In this document: one piece after another, positions 62,044 through 64,000 of the stretch
Layout: the number at the start of each line of letters is the position of its first letter
How positions within the stretch are numbered: position 1 is the stretch's first letter
From: Camelus ferus
Taxonomy: Eukaryota
Length of the DNA stretch: 64,000 nt
Assembly (NCBI RefSeq): GCF_009834535.1
Contig: NC_045697.1
Span: forward strand, 45,882,001 to 45,946,000
Reading direction: 5' to 3'
Notes under the pieces: model-generated
Told to the model about the DNA's origin: nothing
Database searches by the model: none
Seen by the model: the letters and a program-made list of their open reading frames with translations, nothing else
Translations under genes and position numbers: made by a program

Positions 62044-63037
62044 TTAAGTTTCTCACAGCCAGAAATCTCTTTATACAAAATTTTGTTTCAAATAGTCTCA
62101 CCTGGATTTACTATAACCTAAAGTCCTTAAAATGAGGACTGATGTTAAAATATATCTAACTACCATAACTCAGTCTAGAAGATTATGAATAGTAGAGTTT
62201 TACATTTAAAATCACAAGCAATTCAATGTCATTTCTATCACTTACATCTAAATGTCATTTCCCACACTGAGTCAAGAAAAAAAGCATAAAATAAGTACAT
62301 TCAAATTTATCCATAAGCAAAAAATGCCAAGCAGACATTTAAAAAAAAATAAAACCACACACACAAAGTTATAAGCCATAAGATTTCCTTTTGAGGTGAT
62401 AAAAAATATTTTTTATCTATTACATACTTAACCCTTCAGCTACAGTATCTTCCAAGATTTTACATTAAAAGGGGGCTATTTTCAGTTCACATGCGTATTT
62501 ACACATACTTATATCTTAATAAGCACTCTTCTTATATTGCTTAGTATTCAAGTGTCTTGGGAAATGGCCTGGGAAAATAAGAGGTAGTTGAAACTATTTT
62601 CATCATTATTTGTAATGATACTCATATTTTATACAATGACTTCCACTTTTAGATTTTTTACAGTAATAGTCATTTTTGCATTGCTAATTTTAACAGTCTT
62701 ATTGTATCCTTCCTAGTCTGTCAAAACAAACACAACTGCACAAAAGTGATGAAAGCTTATGTCACTCTCTTGTAATAAAAGGATACCATTTCATACTTCA
62801 GTTAGCACCTATACAAGCGAATTAACGAAGAGAAGAGCATTACATTAAAATGTAACAAGTTAGTTCCTCCACTCAGGAAAGAACTGGATTAAATTTTGGT
62901 CACTATTCATAGAATTGAGCAGTACAGTTCAATATTTCTCAAAGAATATGAAAGAAATAAAAGTTGCAAATCCTAAATTCCTAATCTATTACTGCTCTAG
63001 AAAAAATTGCCAAAAGGTAAGATATATGCCATCCCAT

Positions 63038-63060
63038 ACACACACACACACACACACACA
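63038..63060 (+). repeat. (AC)n microsatellite
   Basis: Seen directly. Confidence 0.95.
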
Positions 63061-64000
63061 TATCCCTTCTTCATCATATATGTATCCTATATAAGTATAT
63101 ATCCTTTCATATGTGTGTTTGTGTGCATACATAGAGAGAAAGAGAGAATTCATAAAATGGTGGGAGGAAATCAGATTGGTATTTAAGGACTGAGAAGTAA
63201 AAGCAGTGAACACAGACTACAGCTTAAAGATGTAAAGATAACCATAAGGATGTCTTGGAGAAATCAAGAGTTGAGAGCAAGGTTGTTCAGACATTAAAGG
63301 AGAAGGAGCTCAGTTTACCAGTTCCATGTAATTGCTCTGATTTTCTGTGATAACTCAGCTTAGTAATTCCTACCCTGGAGGGGGAATGGTCTTTCAAATG
63401 CCTACAGAAAGATCTCTGACCCCACATTTCCTCTCACGTGTCCTCCAGGAAGTTAACAACACTCTTCTCTCCTGCCCCACCATTGTCAACTTCCCTACCT
63501 AAGCTTATGCTTCCCCGGAGAGTTTTATCAATTGTGCACCACATTAAATTCTCAGTAAATGAAGAGCAGTTTGTCAGGATCTCTTATTTGCCAGTTTCTA
63601 TCTGGAGAAAAGAACCACCTGAGTAAAGGAAATTTGCTATTTTAATTTACTTGATAAGTAGGTATGCAGTACAAGACTAAAGAAGGCATCAGTTTTAAAA
63701 TTTACTTGTCTTTTGTGGCATGAACTTAAACTAATGTGGGGAAAGTGGCCCTGCCTACAGCTTTGGTTTTCAATATGAGATAAAGGTGATTTTTAATACA
63801 AGGTAGGTGATCTTTATTGTATATCATCAATCAAAATATAAAGCATAATACTTCATTTCCCCTTTATTTTATTTAACAAATCACGTGTTGAACAGATATC
63901 TGCAAACACCAAAACAATACAAGTTCCAAAAGTTGATAAAATTAGATTCTGACCCACAGTGGTCTTGAATAAAATTGTGGTTTGCCAATACCACAAAGAT

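Noticed and set aside
27..63626. The supplied 60-124 aa ORFs as protein-coding genes
   Set aside because: They are short, many start at non-ATG codons, most lie in repeats or are F/L/I/Y-rich translations of AT-rich DNA, and none is recognisable apart from L1 ORF1/ORF2 debris.
1..64000. CRISPR arrays, operons, tRNA/rRNA genes, prokaryotic defence systems
   Set aside because: The sequence is mammalian; I saw no repeat-spacer arrays, long ORFs or structured RNA gene signatures.

Overview
AT-rich, CpG-depleted mammalian genomic DNA (intronic or intergenic); it is not prokaryotic. About half of it, by eye, is transposon relics: L1 (a near-full-length L1MA9-type copy at ~29.3-35.3 kb and a long L1MC1-type copy at ~46.7-51.4 kb, both on the minus strand), L2, L3/CR1, MIR, MaLR/ERVL/ERV1 solo LTRs, and the DNA transposons MER20, MER8, MER45A and MER103C. 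The youngest L1 3' ends look cetartiodactyl, and I saw no Alu, B1, CanSINE, PRE1, Bov-tA or CHR SINEs, so a camelid source is likely (inference). I cannot support any protein-coding exon, RNA gene or CRISPR array: the listed ORFs are decayed L1 ORF1/ORF2 pieces or chance ORFs. Family names come from my recall of consensus sequences, and boundaries are approximate unless a target-site duplication (TSD) is given. I found no convincing new biological system. The best leads are a MER41-like ERV1 LTR with an intact STAT (GAS) site, several YAG|GT recursive-splice-like sites and microexon candidates, a perfect 13-bp hairpin, and a few unexplained unique segments.
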